A stretch of DNA of 59,493 nt, filler included. It is 3 parts of 3 records of this genome, joined end to end, with 100 filler letters (N's around TTAATTAATTAA, not from the genome) between each part and the next. Parts side by side here need not be neighbours in the genome. Positions count along the whole stretch, not along the records: positions 1 to 25,920 come from SRR20825019_2500; 2 more parts are not named here. One strand, 5' to 3'. Below, piece by piece: positions 10,901 through 23,400 of the stretch. Under the pieces are notes generated by a model. It saw nothing but the letters and a program-made list of their open reading frames with translations. It did not search any database and was not told where the DNA came from. Positions within the stretch are counted from its first letter, which is position 1. Each line of letters opens with the position of its first letter. A program made the position numbers and the translations under genes.

Positions 10901-11893
10901 GGAAAACACAATCAACTTCGTCTTCACTGATTCCCACCGTTTTCATTGCTGTACACAGTCGCTCGAAACATTGAGAATCGTTCAGGGATGGGATGGGATC
11001 GAGGTTGGTATGCTTGAGGAAGGAGAAATCCGTGGGGGCTCCAAGCTTCAGTTTCGATAGCAGCTCGGGCGTGGCTCCGTTGAGAAGATGGTAGAACACG
11101 TGGTAGTTACGCTCGCCCGGAGCACAAGACGTTATGCGACTCTTCTCGAGGAGATATGTGTGTGTCACAGCGCCAGCAATAGTGCCCTTCGCGTTGAATT
11201 TAACCTCGATGAACTTACCAAACCTGGACGAGTTGTCATTACGAACTGTCTTGGCATTACCAAAAGCCTCGAGAATAGGGTTTGATTGGAGCACCTGCTC
11301 GCTTAGGTTTTGTTCCGTGTCGGCGTTTCCAATCGAGGCGAGAAACCGCAGGAGCAGCTTTGTTGTCTCTGTTTTTCCGGACCCGCTCTCTCCGCTCACC
11401 AAAATAGACTGTGACACACTGTCCTTTATCATTCCCATAAACGCCCGTTCAGCAACTGCAAAAATATGAGGTGGCAAGTCATCAACAGGCCGGCGGTGAT
11501 ATGTAGTCATGATCTTTTCGTTGTACAAATTCAGCCATTTGAATGGGTTCACTGCAAGGCACGTAGTCTTGGTATACGTATATGGGGAGCTGTCTGCATG
11601 ACGAAGCCTACAGGTTTTTTATCAATCAACACAAAATCACATAGTCATGAACCTACTCACCTAAGGTTGTGGAGGATGGTGGCAATCGACAAGTAGCTCA
11701 AGTCCAGTAGATCTGCCACCGCGTCGTCGTCCTTATTGGCCAAGAATACATGGTCTGGTTCGGCTGTGATGGTCTCAGAGCCATCTTGTAACAAGATTTG
11801 CACGCCGCCTTCTTCACCCGACAAAATTGTTCCAAGAGCATATGCGTCCGGTGAGCCTGGGCGTAACACCCACACACGGGTGCCTTGCTCCAT
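7948..11893 (-). CDS. Myosin heavy chain (class V/XI-like motor, ~5 IQ motifs, coiled-coil tail), multi-exon
   Basis: GESGSGKTE P-loop, LEAFGNAKTVRNDNSSRFGKF, ERNYHVFY, LDIFGFE, FEQLCINYANEKLQQ, YIRCFKPN and IQxxxRG repeats. The ORF fragments join through canonical GT-AG introns (e.g. 11608-11660, 10379-10424, 9872-9930, 9728-9780). Confidence 0.95.
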
Positions 11894-12954
11894 ACCTGCT
11901 GGGCCCTGAAGGGTGAAGACGCACAGCAACAGTTTTTATGTCTTTTATGGGCAGGGGGGCGAGTGGCGCGTTAGCAAGCCAAGAGGACAAATCAAGGGCA
12001 GCGCCATAAGGCGGCGGCTATACTGAGTTCTGGTTGGCCTCAGGCTGACACCACCGCGCCCCCGCCAGCCGGGCCCGGCCTGGCTGCTCCCCCTGGTGGC
12101 CGGGGCCGGGGAAGGTCGGGGGCCGGCCGAGACCGCACACGAAGTCGGGCGGCGGTCGCACGGCACGGCACTGGCGGGCCATCGGTCGCCGCCCGGGCGG
12201 TCCGCAGGACGAGGACACGGGGTCAGTCAGTACCCCGGGGGGGCGGCCGGCGGGCGCGGCTCCGGCGTCAGGCGGGTCACCCGGCCCCGCCGCATGCCTG
12301 GGCACTCACGGTACACCGTGGTGGCATTTGCCCCAGAACAAATCGACTTCGAAACCAACGAAATGTCGATTCATTTTTTCGGGAAAGGATATCTAAGTTT
12401 GGAAATTTATCGAATATCTGAAATACGCCACTTTAGAAATTACGAATATTAGGTACATTACGAAATTCGTTACATCGGGGTTTATCCGATCCTCTTCTTT
12501 TTGAGTAGGCTCTTCGAGTTTTTGTGGGGTTGAGGTGCCGTTGTCCGAGACGAAACCATCGCGACAAAAGAGCAATCTCTTGCCTCCGGTCCATGCGTGC
12601 TCTGTCTTTCATCGTGGTGTCATCTTGGTCCCAACTTTCATTCGCTTTTGGGTGAGCAGAAGGTCTGCTGTTAATGCACCCATGGTGCGGCTGAGGCTCG
12701 TGGTGACCTACGCTTTGACTCAGCCCGTGAAACAGGCCCGCCTCGTCGTCTGATTGCCGAGTGCACAGAACATCGTGCCTGGAAAGCAAACAAAAGCCAA
12801 CCTACACGAGAGGCTTGTTGCCGGCCAGAGCCTCCAGCCGGAAACGAGGGGCTGAAGGTTCAGACCGACCGCCCTGCACACGCCTGGCCCAACTTCATAT
12901 ATGCTGGTGAACCAGAGCGGTAAGTGTAGGACTGACCTCCACACCCTTGAAGGA
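11894..12954. promoter_or_regulatory. Putative bidirectional promoter (GC arm ~12050-12320, AT core ~12340-12500)
   Basis: Head-to-head gap whose AT core contains two ATTACGAA copies. Confidence 0.55.
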
Positions 12955-14430
12955 ATGGGGAAGTGGTTGGCTGTTGCAGCACTCGTGGCTGCCTTTGCTC
13001 TCCTGAGCATCAATGCCCTTGAGGAAGAGGATATATTCCAGGAGTTTAAGGACGAAATTACAGGGGCATCTTCCGTTGATGAGGACTACGGTTCTCTTAC
13101 TGACGAAGAGGCCGAGGAGCTGTCTCGCCACGAGCAGGCACAAAATGAAGAGGATATCAAACCTCTTCCACTGAAGTCGGATGAGGAGTTTATGAGTGCC
13201 CTTCAGCTTGAGGCTGAAACCACTTCGGGAACCTCTGCCCCTGGTGATAGCCAGCAGGCTTACACTGTTGACCCCGGAGTCCGTGTCGAGGTTGGCTCCT
13301 TGTGGCCTTCAGCTTCGGTCAAGGTATGCTTTATTGCGGTCATTTGATTCAGTATTAAGGTTGTATTGCAGGGATGGTCTTTGTTGAACGGCCAGGGTTT
13401 CCGTACCTTTAAGCAGCGTGTTAACTTTTCTAAGGCTTTTTTGAAGTCTCCTATTGTGATGGCCTCCCTCCGGTCTTTCAACATTCTGCCCGGTCACAAC
13501 TCTCGTATTAACGTCTATGCCGAGAGCGTTACTCGCTCTGGATTTACTGTGGTCATCCAGACCTGGTCTGCATCCCGTGTATACTCTGCTGGTGTCACTT
13601 GGGCTGCATACGGTCAGGACCCCGAGATGTATGGTAAGCGCGTCAAGGAGCAGCGCCAGGTTCTTGCTTTGGATCGCGAGATTCGTGTCAGGCAGGCTGC
13701 CCACGAGAAGTTGCGTCGTGCTGTTCGCAATCTCCGTGCTGAAGAGCGCAGGGCATATCAGACTGTGCGCTCTCAGATCTCCCGCATGTGGCGTATGCGC
13801 CGTGCCCTCCAGGCCGAGTTGAAGCGTGTAGCAGAGTATGAGAAGACTGAGTTTGGCAAGATTCGTAGCGAACTGGCACGTATGAAGGAGTTGAGGCACC
13901 AGCTTCAGGCTGAGTTGGACAATATCAAGGCCAAGGAAAAGCGGGAGTTGGGTGCCATCCGGGCTGAGCTGGATGTGATGAAGAGGCTGCGGCAGCACCT
14001 GAAGGATGAGGTGAAGAAGCTCCGTCTCTGGGAGCGCAAGCGCTTCTCTGCCATTGGTTACGAGATGAACGAGCTGTGGCAAGACCAGAAGAATATGCAG
14101 AAGCAGTTGGCTGTGCTGAAGAAGGCCGAAGAAGACATGCGCGGGGAAATGGACAACCTTCAGCCCCTCTCTCAGGGCAGCGGTGTGGTGTGCCACTGCG
14201 GTGGAAACAATGGCGGCGTCCAGACTGCTGATCTTCAGGAGCTCGCCTCCACCAGCACCGATGCTGCTGCCAAGCTTGCCGAGTACTTCGGCCCCGGCGG
14301 CGTATCCGAGGGAGCCGCACCCACCAACGGCGATGACACCAACGGCCAGGCTGCTGACCCAAGCGCCGGCAAGATGTGCGTCTGCTCGGGCGACGTCAAG
14401 GATCTCGAGCTCCTTACCTTCTCCATCTAA
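12955..14430 (+). CDS. Secreted H-type lectin domain protein with long coiled coil (2 exons; intron 13324-13371)
   Basis: Signal peptide MGKWLAVAALVAAFALLSINA, then an acidic segment. H-lectin signature VNFSKAFLKSPIVMASL..NSRINVYAESVTRSGFTVVIQTWSASRVYSAGVTWAAYG, followed by a heptad-like helical region. Confidence 0.8.
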
Positions 14431-14701
14431 ACCCAATAGCAGTCGTGGGGTGGGTGGAAATGGTGTGTAATGGGATGGGTCGTGGCTGAGTAAGATTGAG
14501 GTTATGGAATGTGGGATCAGACAGAAAAGGAGTATTATTATTGAGTTTGAGTTTGGGCTTAGACAGGCAAATTGCCGAGCCTCTAAGACGCGGTCTGCTC
14601 TTGCATCATTAAAGTCTTGCTTGGTGTACAAACTTGCAGCCTTGTCATAGCCATACAGCCTCCATGAATGCGCTGAAGTATTCCCTCACTTCCTTGCATA
14701 G

Positions 14702-16429
14702 CTACACAACATCCGCGATGGTCAGGGTCAGTCCGACAAGACAGCTTATCACTCCAAAAGCTAGCAAGAAATACGAAACGACCTTGTGGAAGTCCCAGCC
14801 CTTCTTCACGCTCATGTAGAAGATCGACGGATAAATGAAGTTAATAGGAGCAGCAACACCAGCGCCTATCAAGCTAACAATGAAATCCACACCACCAACT
14901 AACGTCAGTGCGTACGATATGGCCAAAATAATGGGTACAAGGACAGAAGTCCAGCATATACGACGCAATCGCGTGGTGCGCACATTGGGGAAGAATATGA
15001 CGTCGATAGAGTTACGTGCACCCCAGAAGAATAGAGGGTACGTCAAAATAACTGACAGGCTAAAACAGACTTGGCAAGTGATAGACCACCAATTCCTTTC
15101 CGAGTAGTTGTTGATTATGTTGCCTATCAAAATGTGAGCGAGATACACCCCATGCCCCCCCAACAATTCAGCTCACCATTAATATCGCCATAAAATGTTA
15201 ACCAGGCCGCAGTGGCCTCAATGCAGTATATAGTGGTAGCAAAGACAGTACAGCAGACAAGGGTAGCCAAAGTCCGAGAGGGCGTGGGATTCTTCAACTC
15301 GTTTTTAACAGGGAGAACTTGGCTGATACAGAAATCATGGTTAGAGTGTGTTTGTTGCCTAAAACTTGAAGAGACATTGCTTACAAATGGCAGGTGAACG
15401 CAAAAGATATGACGGGCACCACCCGAAGGGCTTTTGTCCAGGATAACTCCATGTGAAAGAACTGATCGGTAGAAATGCCATTATCAATGGAGGTGTGTAC
15501 TGCGCGCTGGCCCCAGGATAAGGATTGGCGTGATATCATATCCCAACATCATGCACACGTACCGATACCATTGTTACCAAGAAAATACCAATGAACAGCA
15601 AACAAAGGTATGATACCCGACCGATCTTGTCAATGGACTTGACAATGCATATCGGTGCTACTAATATTGATACCACGGTCATGAGAGTGAGCCTGTGGCT
15701 CCAGAAACCCGTAACGTTGAGATCAGCCATCACGCAGGGAAGAACATCACTGTTAGAATAGACAGTAAGCGGTGCCACCCACATCAAAAGGACAGCATTG
15801 TCCACACACCTAAAAAATGCCAAGAATGCAATGCACACACCGAAGTTGTTGAGGAAGATTGAAATAAGAATAACGTACGGCCCCAAACTACCCATGGCAA
15901 CCTCTGCTAGCTCATGGAAGGAGTTCTTCTTGGCTATGTCCGCGCTCTTGACCAAAAGATAATATGTCTCAAACGACAAGATTCCCTAATATTGCAACAC
16001 GTTAGCTTCGGAATTCAGACTACAATGCAGGATGAACGGGTGCATCTGACCCACCATGATGATGACAGAAAGTTGGCCCAGCGGCCATCCAACATATGGA
16101 GATACCAACGGCAGGGACATAAGTGATACACCACCACCAATTATCTAGGAGGGCAAGTCAGTTCAATGCACCGTCAGGATCGATATAACTCCGCCACATA
16201 CAGTGTTGCATAAGTTCATAGACGAGCTAAGCAGCGTCCCGCGCCTCTTCACGCCTTCGACGACTGCATCTACATCTTGTTGGTCCTTGAAATCTTCCAG
16301 TTCATCTTCTTGCAAAAGTGTCTCGCTATCGCCTTCCCCTTCAAGTTTTGTATATGGGATTTCAGGGGAGACGTCGTCTTGCCCTTCTTGATGGTAATCT
16401 ACAGTGTATCCAGCAGTTCCTTCCTCCAT
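14702..16429 (-). CDS. Amino acid transporter (Aa_trans/AAAP, SLC38-like), multi-exon
   Basis: SSSMNLCNT/IIGGG..SLP after splicing, NNFGVCIAFL, many hydrophobic helices, YPLFFWGARNSI and SLIGAGVAAPINFIYPSIFY. Confidence 0.9.
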
Positions 16430-17283
16430 ACTGCCGGACTAAGATGCCTGGAAAACACGTGCTTCATCCAAAGTGTGGAGGGGTTCATCATATAGTTATG
16501 CGAAGTTTTGGAATACATCCTTGATTCACCAGCGTCAGTGCGATAGTGCCCCTCGCCGGGACAGGCACGCCCAACGGGTACGCGGCCCACACAGCTTTGC
16601 GTGGCCCAGGCTGCGCTGCTGCGCGTTAAGCCCTGCCTGTCACCACTAGCAGAGGGTGTCGGCGAAACGTCACCACGCAGCGGAGATGATTGAGTCATGC
16701 AGCGACCGGCAATCTGGCATCAGGAGCCTGCGCGGGGCGGCACTCGGCCTGAAGACGGCGGCACTGGGCGCGTTTCAAAACTGACCGGCCCACTCCGTGA
16801 CTCAGGTGATCGGGTTGAGTGGCTCCAGTGGCGGTGTGGTCAGGCCGGCGCGCGAGCGACTCAGTGGCCGTGTGCGAACTTTCGCGAACAACTGACTATG
16901 GTATTCGAGTCGATCACTCTCAGTTTTCCAATTCAAGACTCTATAGATACAATCGTATCGGATACATGGATACCAGTTTAGCCTAATTCTCGATTCGTTC
17001 CGGATCCGATGGACCCAAGAACGACGCCACGGCGGGGCCACCGACAACAACCGGGGCCGGCCGGCGGCGCCCCCCAGCGAGACATGCCGCTAGCAGTCAT
17101 CGTCTCTCTGGTGGCCGAGGCAGTGCTGGGTGACCCCCGGCCCTCTGTCCGCGCAAACTCCGACTCTGCGGCTCGCCTCGGCGGCCATAACCTCAAGCCA
17201 AAGCCCGAACACCAACATGGCCCCACGATAAACAAGGCCACACCACTGTAAAAAGACGTTGCTTCCTCGGGGAACCCTCGACG
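16430..17283. promoter_or_regulatory. Putative bidirectional promoter (AT/TCG-rich core ~16878-17005 between GC arms)
   Basis: Head-to-head gap with the same compositional pattern. Confidence 0.5.
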
Positions 17284-18407
17284 ATGTTTAATATACTTGG
17301 TGGTGCTGCCAGGAACAGATCGCCTTGTTTTCGTGACTCCATTCAGCGCACATCATCAATTGTTCACGTTCGGGCAAAAACCAACATCCGTACTATTGTA
17401 AAAAATATGCATTCTGGAAATAGCCAAGCACTGCCTGACAACGCATACCCTTTCCGTATCGCGACAATTACAGACTTGAGCCCCACAGTTAAGGTTACTA
17501 GATGCTGCATCGTTGTTTTTCTACTAGGTGGCTAGTACTAATGCCAGTTGATAGGGATATGAACTGAAAGAGGAGACTCCTGCTCATGGTAACGGAAGTT
17601 TTAGCTGCAGGGCAGGTCAGTGGGTCGACTTCTTTATCTCGGAGTTACCCCGCCCAGGTATGATGAACCATGCGCACAATATGTGCGCGATATTTGACCC
17701 ATGCTTGTGAAGGAGGCTTTTCTGTCGTTTCCACAGAAAATGATCTAAAGGCTAAGGGGCTTGTATCGCTTGCCTTGAAGACTAGCGACAATCCTCCCAC
17801 AAAGTGGATGCATGAGAAGGCCAAAGGTAATTTGACATGACAGTTTGGTCCTGAATTTAATTAATTTCCTCACACGAACTCAGTTGGAGACCTTGTGCAT
17901 ATGGCTACAGGAGGGACGTTCGTTTATCCCCCAGACGGGAGGGAAATTGACCCGAGCACCTACAAGCTGCTGATGTTCGCCGGCGGGATAGGTATCAATC
18001 CGCTCTACAGTATCATGAGACTGGTATCACAGGACAAGGTCCCGATTGATATGGAGCTGCATTACTCAGCAAGCCATGATGAGGAACTCATATTCAGGGA
18101 GGAGATGGAGCGGGAGTTTGGTGCAAGGGTGGTGTGCTACGTGTCTCAGAAGCAAGGCCCGGAGGCAAAGGAAGAGAACATGTTTCGTCGCCGGATAGAT
18201 TTCTCCGATATTTCAAGCGCTGTCGCAGGTGAGATATTGAATAGACTAGGTCTGGATGGTGCTCTGACGGTCATGGTAGCCAATGGCGGACCCGAGCATG
18301 TACTATGTTATATATGCGGTCCTCCTCAAATGATTGAAGATGTATCCGGAAACCTTCACAAGGTCGGTGTTTCGGAGGATAACATCATCTACGAGAAGTG
18401 GTGGTGA
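17284..18407 (+). CDS. Oxidoreductase NAD-binding domain protein (OXNAD1-like FNR-family flavoreductase), probably mitochondrial, multi-exon
   Basis: The spliced product has AGQWVDFFI..GGFSVVS, DNPPTKWMHE, FAGGIGINPLYSI, YICGPPQMIE and the terminal IIYEKWW. The N-terminus is Arg/Ser-rich. Confidence 0.88.
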
Positions 18408-18584
18408 ACTCATTTTCCAACGGAAGTTCAGTATGCATCGCTACTGTTGTCCAGTTGTGAATAGAGTCCATTTGGCCTGTTGATTACAGCATTGGATTCT
18501 CTTGCCTTGGTGATGTTCTGAACCAGTGAATTCGTGGTCGCATCCATGAATATTAAAAGTGGATGTTTCAAGCAATCCTCTTTT

Positions 18585-19822
18585 TTACATATCACCCGCT
18601 GCGAGCAGTGCCTTCCTGCACTGATTCTTCACACCATCGTCAGCATTTGAGCTGTTGATAATCCAATCAATATACTGGGGACCCTGCTTCTCCGAAAGCA
18701 CCTGTCGCCAGGTCTTCCCATTATGCTTCTTCATATACTTCGAATCAACTTTGTCAGGTTGCATCCACTGCGCCGCAGAAAATTACTTACCATTGGAACA
18801 ACATTGTCAATATCGAACTCGGTGTTGTCGTCCTCCCATCCCGAACTTCTTAAAGACACGTCATCACTGTCGTCCGCATCATGGATTCCTCGTTGTGAGT
18901 AGTCGTTGGATTGTCGAGGCGACATGTCCTTAACATCACCACTCACAAGCTGCAGGTTAGAATCCAATGGCATGCCAATCATCTTCCACATTTGATATGT
19001 GCGCCTTATAACAGCGTGCGAGTCAGCTTCGGCCACGCGCCAGTCAAGAACGCCCGTACCCGGAATAGTTGTTGCGGACAGTGACATGTTCTGCGTATTC
19101 AGCCTTCCAGTTCTCGCTGAACTCATGGTCCCACAACTCCTGCACCACACTTCGCATGAGTATTTTTTGTCAAATGTGAACATGTACGCACCGATGCAAC
19201 ACCCAGGTCCTTGCAGCATCGAGTTAGTGCTCTGGAACGGCAAGACTCGATGGCAATTCCATACTGCGCTTCATCGCGCATCATCTGAACCATAGTCATG
19301 ACTGAACAGTTATTCATTGCCAGGTCGACTTACGTGGTCACCGACAGCTTGGGACACATATCGCCCCTGCGCCCACAGTGCATATTCACGCACAACCAGA
19401 CCCTTCGCGTTCACTTCGGCGGGGCTCATGGGAACGAGGCACCAACCCCCAGGCCCAAAGGTGTCGTTCATTAGCTTTCGGTACTTCACCTCCGGGATAT
19501 ACAGGAATCCATCTGTCAAGTCCTTTTAAGTTCCAGTCCGCAGAAACCATGGCTTTCCTCTACCTGGCCGGATCCGAACGTCTTCAGGGTTCACCGGAGA
19601 TCTCAACGCCTTACCCAAGTCGGCTGAATATAGCACGTTAGAAGAATCCCTCCACGATAGTGAGATCCTTTTCCTACCGTCAAAAGCGGACTCGGCATAA
19701 GTTGACATGCACCGCATAACTACAGGACCACTTGTCAAGGCTCGTGGAGCACCGAGAACAGAGAATGCTGCCCCCAGCTGGGAGCCGAGCGGCCTGGCCA
19801 CCGCACCTACAGCGCGAATCAT
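18585..19822 (-). CDS. MGM101: Mitochondrial genome maintenance protein Mgm101-like (Rad52-type ssDNA annealing protein), 6 exons
   Basis: Presequence-like N-terminus. The spliced core reads V(R)IRPDGFLYIPEVKYRKLMNDTFGPGGWCLVP..VVREYAL..GRYVSQAVG..ESCRSRALTRCCKDLGVASELWD. Last exon 18585-18737. Confidence 0.88.
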
Positions 19823-20458
19823 GGCAATATCGAAACTGTTGTTAAGTTTGAGATTGATCAGTCTATTTTATACGTCGCCTGGCTTCTACCATGACATGAG
19901 CCATATGGTCATCGGTGGTGGTCACCAGGCTGGCAGCTAGCCGAGGTTCTGAGGACGAGGCCTGCCGGGGGGTGCACAAACGAGAAGAAGCACAACTTCC
20001 ACGAGACGGTGACCATGAGAGTCGGGAGGGGTGCCAGTGCCGGGTGGGTCCACGGGATGAATTTGTCGGTTTGACCCAACCGGACTGGAATCAGAGGAGT
20101 GTCTGGCCAGTGGTCCGGGCACGCCCGGAACTGAATGAAGAAGAACTCAGCTGAATTTCAATCATCGCAATCGATTGGGCCCACGCCGGGCTCGCCGACT
20201 ACTCAACAAACAATCTGAACCACATCATAATCCGAAAGCGCGGGCTGGGCGGACAGGGTGTTCAGGTTGTCTCTGTACTGATTTCACTAGGGATAGTCGT
20301 CAGTGGGACCGAGTCGCATTTGGGCAAGAATACACATCCGACCAACAAACTCAAAAACTAAGCAAGCAAAGGAAGATAGTTGAAATATCCTAGTCCAACC
20401 ACCAAGAACACAAAATATGTTTATTTGGGATTCTGAGGTTAGTCAGGTAGGCCTTTCA

Positions 20459-23400
20459 TCACACATGGCTCATGACTTTCTGCTGAACCTTCTTGAAAGA
20501 TCCAAGACGGATACCCGTCAGCACCAGAAGGTGTGATATCTTCACAAACCCGACCAGAATGAAGATACCATCAATGACGAGAATCACATTGATGACTGTT
20601 CTCCGGCTCTCCGCTGGAATATGCAGTGACTTCAACACACCAATGCTCAATGACAGGTAAATGAGAACCAATTGTGTCAGCTGCATTGAGTTCAGCAATC
20701 TGCTTTCGAACGGGAGCGTGACCAGATGCAAGACTACAGCCCCAAAGCAAATGCACAGCGCAATCGCCACCTGGGCAGCTCCGGCCTCAGCAAAATGAAG
20801 TGCAACGGCAGTAATGAGCAGTTTCCTGCCCATCTCAACTGCATCCCACCACATATATTTCTTCTTGTAGACCGAAAACGTGCGCGCGGTCATTTCGATC
20901 AACCAATGTATCTTAGACCACCAATACGTCTTCTCGTCCCCATCATATATGGTAAAGTAGCCCCGAGATTTTGGCACGAGGACTAGTAGAATGACCGCCG
21001 GCAATCCTATTGTGTAGAACAGTAAAATCGTCAAGGCCACCGGGAGATATAACATCCACCTGGCGTCATAACATTCCAGCGACAGGTCGGCTGAGACGTA
21101 CGAGGTCGCTCCTCCGTCAAAGGAACGACACTTGAAAAACTGGAATACCGTATTGCTGACGGGGAGATATGCTAACAACGCTGTCAGGAGTATCACCCTG
21201 AACATGAAGCGATTGACCGCTCCTTTCGTCACTCCTGCAATAGGCTTAATAAGGCGATGGCCAGCCGAGTACATGCATCCAAACATAGCGCATAGAGTAG
21301 ATATCAGAATTGGCATTAGGGCCATGAGAAACATATTTTCATAGAAGGTATACACAGCCAATACTCTGTCGTGAGCTTCCTCCGCACTAGAATTGAATAT
21401 CGTAATATGTTCCCAAACGCATTCGAGTGATGATGCAGATAAAAAGTCGAAGTTGATCCAGCGGAACAGTTCCGTCAAAGCATTAAGAGCTTCCCAATCC
21501 ACTTGGTAAACAGCTGGAAAGACAGTCATGACTTGAAGAAACCCAACCAAAATGCGCATCATTGATGCCCCTTCAGAGACTGAACCAGTCAGATCAACAT
21601 TATGGTACATATCCGCTGAGTCATGGCGGGCTGTCATCCCTCGAACCTTGCCATCACCCAAAAATGCCAAGGCAAACAACACTCCAAGTACCCCCATGAC
21701 CATAGAAAAGGCATACATAATGGATGTAGCTAACGACGGGCAGCTAGAACAAACACCATAGCTATCTCTGTAGTAATTGAAACGGCAGAGAGAACACAAG
21801 GGACCATAATGACCTTCCGTACATGTCGTTGAGTTGGACGCGGTTGCCCCGCCAAGACATGACGAGGAGAGCGGGCAGCTGAAAACCCTATCAGTTCCTT
21901 GTGACGCTTGCCAGTAGCCCGGCCTGGCCACGACGCCATTATTTGTGCATCGCGCACCATCAGGGCACAATTTGCACGTCGGTAACCCATCGACAAAGTC
22001 CAAATAGAAACCGGCATAGCATTCAATGACATTATGGTGGCATCTTGCATCGTTCACGCATTTCAAGCATTCGCCAGCATCACGGATTTCACCTGTGCGT
22101 GATTGGGCAAGATGATAGAAGCCAGCCGCGCAATGACACTCCCTCAGCCGTAGAATTCTTGTATTGAAACTGGTAGAAAGAGTGGAACACTGGATAGATC
22201 CAAAACCTCTACTAGAGTGAGAAGGCGACCATTCTAGACGTTCTTTCGAAGCCAACAACTTCATGGCAACTTGCTCCACTTGCTCCGATGGCCTGCTTGA
22301 GTAGCTCAGCTCGCTGATACTTTGGCCGGATCGCAGCATTTCCCCGATATTCGTCACGGATCCCAGGGTTGCCATATCCATCCACACTTCCGAACTCACA
22401 GGAAAAGGCTCGATCAATGTAGTGTTGTCATATGCTCCCCGAATAGAATTGTCTTCTATGGACAGACTGATTCCATTCTGTCCAGTCAACTCAAAGAGTT
22501 TAGCAATGGATTCTGCTGTCACTCCGGATGATATCTTATTGGAAAAGAGCTCGATATGCTTTAAGTCCACCCATCGCAAACCATTCGGCGCAGTCATGAC
22601 ATCATCAAATAGTCGGAAACTCTCCATTTGGTTGTTATTCAGAGTTAACATTTCCAAATGCGGCATTCCATTAAGAGAAGGAAGGAAACGACGAATCCGA
22701 TTATGACTGAAATTGATGGTCTTCAACTCATGAGACAGACTCAATTCAGGGGGCACTTCTTCCAATGCACAATAAGACAAGTCTATTCTTGTCAGCTTCG
22801 GGCTCCTTGCCCATTCCATACGTCGCAGACGAGGATTCTTTCGTGCAATGACTTCTTGAATGCTCCCATAAGGAAGATTTTCCAGGACCTCCAAACTGTT
22901 GCCGTCAATTTCCAAATGACTCAAGAGAGGGAGGTCTCCAAGAGATGCAGGAATCTTACTAATGTGATTCTCCCCAACATTAAGGGAAAGCAATGACCTC
23001 ATCAATCCAATATCATTGGGCAATTCGGTCAGCAGGCAAGCAACAGCATCCAGGTATTGGAGACTATGTAGACGCCCTACAGACCGCGGGAGCTTTTGAA
23101 TCAATGTTGCAGAGACCTTGAGCACCTCCAGTTTGTGCATGAGACCGAAAACATCGGGCAGTTCCTCCAACGGGTTACTGGATACTTCCAAATACCTCAG
23201 ATTTGTTAAAGTTTCCATTCCTTCTGGCAACTTAACAAACTGATTTTGCCTCAAATTTAGATCTTCTAGTTTCCTCAGGCCGGACAATGGCGGTAACTCC
23301 TTCAACCCAGTCGAATGTAGATTTAGATTATTGAGGCTAACCAGATTCCCGAGAGTCTGTGGCACTTCCTCAATTGGACAGCCCAAGCAGTTGAATTCAC

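Noticed and set aside
12433..12890. Possible small gene between myosin and the lectin
   Set aside because: The ORFs on both strands lack motifs or a coherent splice model. The region is more plausibly promoter or 5' UTR.
13309..14631. 440-aa antisense ORF over the lectin gene
   Set aside because: No recognisable motifs. It is expected as a shadow of strong codon bias in the sense gene.
17284..19822. Adjacent mitochondrial genes (OXNAD1-like and Mgm101) as a functional cluster
   Set aside because: They are convergent with separate promoters and unrelated pathways. Chance adjacency is sufficient.
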